The notes beneath the pieces were generated by a model, which was given only the letters and a program-made list of their open reading frames with translations, was not told the origin of the DNA and did no database searches. Source: Schizosaccharomyces osmophilus (Eukaryota). From it: 47,604 nucleotides of DNA. Positions 43,841 to 47,604 of this stretch are shown piece by piece. The translations under genes and the position numbers were made by a program. Within the stretch, counting starts at the first letter, position 1. Each line of letters opens with the position of its first letter. The stretch spans positions 5,518,001 to 5,565,604 of the forward strand of contig NC_079238.1 in the NCBI RefSeq assembly GCF_027921745.1, given 5' to 3'.

Positions 43841-46479
43841 CAAGGCTGTCGCTCGTTTTCGTTTAGTTGAGGGATGAGGTAGCCATTACACAAAGACAAC
43901 AGTAAATACAGAATGAAAAAACAAAAAGCAGCACAAAAATACGTACAGAATGAAGCACAAACAACAAGAAAACGTTTAGCACTTGGATTCAACGCATAGC
44001 TAATAAAGGATACACGTTACACTGTACACTTTTCACTGTACACAAAAAAAAAAGCGAAAGAAAGAAGAAAAAGAAGGAAGGACGGGACTTGTTTGCTAAA
44101 AAGATAAAGATAAGCAGAAGAGGGTCGAGGGGAAGTCGGAGAGATATGGATATACATATAGGCGAACAGGCAGGGCAGGGGGGAACCATTTGGGTTAGAC
44201 TTGGATATACTTGGAGATACAGTCCCAAGTTAGAGTCATACAGTATGGACACTAGATGTTGGGTTGGAAATGAGTCTTGAGAGTTTGTATATGTTTGTAA
44301 TGTTGTTTTTTTGAATAATTTATCGGTTCAATGTTGATGGAATTGATGGAAAAATAATTTTTGTTTTATATATAAAGATAAATAAATAAAAAGTATATTG
44401 GTAAATTTCTTTTTCGATTATGTCAAAGAATGAGCGAGAAAAACAACCAGTATTTCAAATCAATATATGTAAAAATATAAAAAATTACTAGTAGAAGAAG
44501 CCATTTCTTGGTCGATTTGAAGGAGAAACGAGTGAATAATTCGCGATGAAAAGTTTTAACAGATGAGGGAAATATAGTTAAGTGAAGTGTGGTGGAACCC
44601 AAGGAATTGGTAGTATACAGAGTTGAAAAAAAAAGGAAAATAGTAATAAACGAATCAATATGAATATTCGCTGCAAATTCGTAAAATGAATTTATTGACA
44701 TAGGCATACATACACAGAATATATAGGAACTGGTGAAAGCTAGGAACAATGGAGGTAGAAGAGGAAAAAGACAGCTGAAGACGAGATTTGATTTGTATTT
44801 TTTATATTATACAAAAGGTAGTGGATGAAAGAGAATAAAAGAATGAAATAAAACAAGAAGAGAAAGACTTGGTCGGTGTTTACGAGAAGCGGTCGGTGGT
44901 CGCAAAGATGCATACACACACTGACACTGACACTGACACTGACACTAAAAAAAGAGTGTCGTTAAAAATAAAACAAGAGTAGTTGGTTGCATAGGTGAAG
45001 GAAGTGGAACTAATAGAAGTGCAAAGCAAAGACACAGACACAGACCAGGCAATGATAGTAAGGAAGGCAGTAAGTAAGTTGGATATTTTTTTTTTTATTT
45101 TTTAAAAAGGAGATAACAAGACAAGACAAGACAAAAAGAAACAAAATATAAAAACAAAATAAAAGAAATATAAATAAATAGAAAGCAGGGAGTTTGGGAG
45201 CGAGGAAGAGAGAGACACAGATAAAACCGACTAGTTGATTGAATTAGGGTAGACAAGACAGGATAATAAAATAAAATTAAATAATTTAAAAAACAAGTGT
45301 AAGCTTTTTGATTAGAAAAGTAAAGATGTAGAATTGCTTGAGTGAAGCAAAAGATTGTTGACAATACGAAAAGTAGACATACCAAGACACACGCTGTGGA
45401 AAGATCGAAAGCAAGAATGATAGAAATAGATATATAAAAAGATAAAAAAATCGTAAAAATTAGGGAGGGAGAGATAGAGACGAAGGAAATTACAAAAGGA
45501 AGAAGACAAACACTTGGGCCCAAAAGTGCATAAGGATAGAGGCACAGAAATAGGGAAAAAAGGAATAAATAATAAATAACTAAAGAAAAAACAACTAGCA
45601 TAAACAAGCAAAGCATTCGATGATAGATCAATGATAAATAATAAACAAAGGGTAAGTAAATCAATGGATGGCATTGCTTGACATTGGCGACACAGACTGA
45701 CACAGTCTAGGAAACAAAGAGACATATTCATACATTAACATAGTTGTAGAATTGCATAATTGCACAATCGCAAAGACAGCCATAGACATATAGACATATG
45801 GACATGTAGACATAAAGACAGACAACAGAACTTTGGAATAAACAGAGACGCAATAAGAGAAGAGAGTCGCTAAAAATATAGCGAGACAATAAAAAAATAA
45901 GTAAATAATAGAAAAATAAATAAAAAATGTGCACATAACGGAGGGATGTATTCGCAAGACAAAGTTATAGAGAGAGAGGGAGGGAGAGCTAGAGAACAGA
46001 AGACGAAAAACAAGGGAGACAGGAAGACAGGCACACGCAAGACATAGACAAGGTAGCTAAGATAGGTAAAATAAAAAATAAATAAAAAAAATATATAAAA
46101 AATATAGAAATAAAGAATGAGTTGGAGATGGAGATAGAAGTAGAAGTAGCCAGGCATTCGTATGTGAACACATCGAGAGAGAGAGAGATGAGGATTCTCG
46201 CAAAGCTTTGGAGAGGCAGAAAATAGAAATGGAAAATAGCTAGTAAATTGATATGTAATTTGTAATTTGTAATTTGTAGGAAAAAAGGATCGCAAAAGAG
46301 AATAGTGACAGAGTCGTGAAAGAGAGAGAGAGAGATAGAGAGGAAGAGGGGTCGGGAGTGAAGAGAGTGGCATGGCATAGGCGTTGGACGTTAGACATAT
46401 TGAATGGCAAAGGAACAGAGGGACATGGATGGGAAGCATGCACAGTTGCAAAGTAAGAAAAGGAGTTGCATTGAAGGTA

Positions 46480-47100
46480 CACTAACCCAAGCAACACAGT
46501 AACACAGCAACAACCGTTGAAGTGTTGAAGGTAACCCCATACATGAACAAACTAAAGCATCGTTGAACAGGAACACATCGTTGACAATTGTAGAAGGGAA
46601 GAGATAAACAGTAACACATCGTTGAACAGGTGAACAATTGAACAAATGAACAGATAGAGAAATAGGAGGTACACTAACACATTAACATATCGTTGAACAG
46701 TTGAAGAGGCGAACAGTAACATAACCCATGAACAAACTAAAACATCTTTGAACGATAACAAATCGCTGAACAGTCGAAGAGATGAACAAATGAACAGTAG
46801 AGAAATTGGAGGTACACCAACACACAGTTGAAGAGGTGAAGTGTTGAAGGTAACCAATACATGAACAAACCAAACCATCGTTGAACAATAACAAATCGTT
46901 GACAATTGTAGAGGCGAAGAGATAAAAAGTTGAACAATTACACATCGTTGAAGAGGGAACAGGTGAAGAGTAACATAACACATCGTTGAAGAGGTGAAAA
47001 GATGAAGAGATGAACAAATGAACACATCATTGAACAATTGCAGAGGAGAAGTAATGAACAGTAACACATCGTTGAAGAGGTGAAGAGACGAAGAGGTGAC
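46480..47100. repeat. Telomere-adjacent degenerate tandem repeat with a CATCGTTGAA core
   Basis: Recurrent ACACATCGTTGAA(C/G)AG, GAACAAATGAACA and GTGTTGAAGGTAACC blocks. Confidence 0.8.
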
Positions 47101-47456
47101 AAATGAAAAGATAAACAAAGTAAAATAATTTAAAAGAACTATATAAACGAAGAAGATAGAACACAAGTGAGTGGCTTGGTGCATAAGGCATAACCCGGTT
47201 CTGGCAAACTTGGGACATATGAACCCATTTTCACCGAATAGCACACTCGAACGCAATCGCAAAAATGTAGTAGCGTACCAATATTCATACGCACTGTCAA
47301 CAAATAGTGCAAGCTAACATACCTACCATAACATAACCTACCGCACCACACAGCCCTCCACCGAACGTCGAACCCCCTCCCAACGCTAGGTTACGGTTAC
47401 CGAGTGTGAGGATAAAGTAAAGACAAGCGAAGCGACCCCACCCCCGAAGTTACTTT

Positions 47457-47604
47457 GGGTTACACTTGGGTTACTTGGGTTACTTGGGTTACTTGGGTTA
47501 CACTTGGGTTACTTGGGTTACTTGGGTTACTTGGGTTACACTTGGGTTACTTGGGTTACTTGGGTTACACTTGGGTTACTTGGGTTACACTTGGGTTACT
47601 TGGG
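47457..47604 (+). repeat. Telomeric repeat tract with 9-mer GGGTTACTT and 11-mer GGGTTACACTT units
   Basis: Unit order 11,9,9,9,11,9,9,9,11,9,9,11,9,11,9 running to the end of the window; G-rich strand oriented outward. Confidence 0.97.

Noticed and set aside
46480..47100. CRISPR-like repeat-spacer appearance
   Set aside because: Eukaryotic subtelomere; repeats are degenerate with irregular spacing, the 'spacers' are related to each other, and there are no cas genes.
45095..47351. Several 100-236 aa minus-strand ORFs
   Set aside because: Low-complexity F/L/S/C-rich products of strand skew and repeats, overlapping in multiple frames.

Overview
Terminal 47.6 kb of a fission-yeast (Schizosaccharomyces) chromosome arm, ending in telomeric repeats of two types (GGGTTACTT and GGGTTACACTT). 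This points to the S. octosporus/S. osmophilus/S. cryophilus clade; S. osmophilus is my best guess, not verified. From left to right: a frameshifted Fnx/Vba-like MFS pseudogene; a decayed 5S rDNA next to an apparently intact five-exon wtf meiotic-drive gene that the ORF track fragments, with a divergent decayed gene that may be a wag; a detoxification/stress block (MBL-fold hydrolase, DHA1 MFS pseudogene, RTA1, But2/PhiA-like gene and its dead duplicate, divergent NRPS-like A-T-R enzyme + SDR, MDR dehydrogenase, two hsp16, a GC-rich SnoaL gene, an intact DHA1 MFS); two intact 5S genes sharing an identical-looking 327-bp cassette; Tf-type LTR and RNase H relics; a disrupted telomere-linked RecQ helicase (tlh); then subtelomeric repeats. 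The most notable observations are (1) the wtf gene with predicted antidote and poison isoforms, (2) a tyrosine-recombinase-like catalytic signature upstream of the helicase domain in tlh, and (3) signs that 5S-anchored recombination moves DNA in this subtelomere. All alignments and translations were done by eye.
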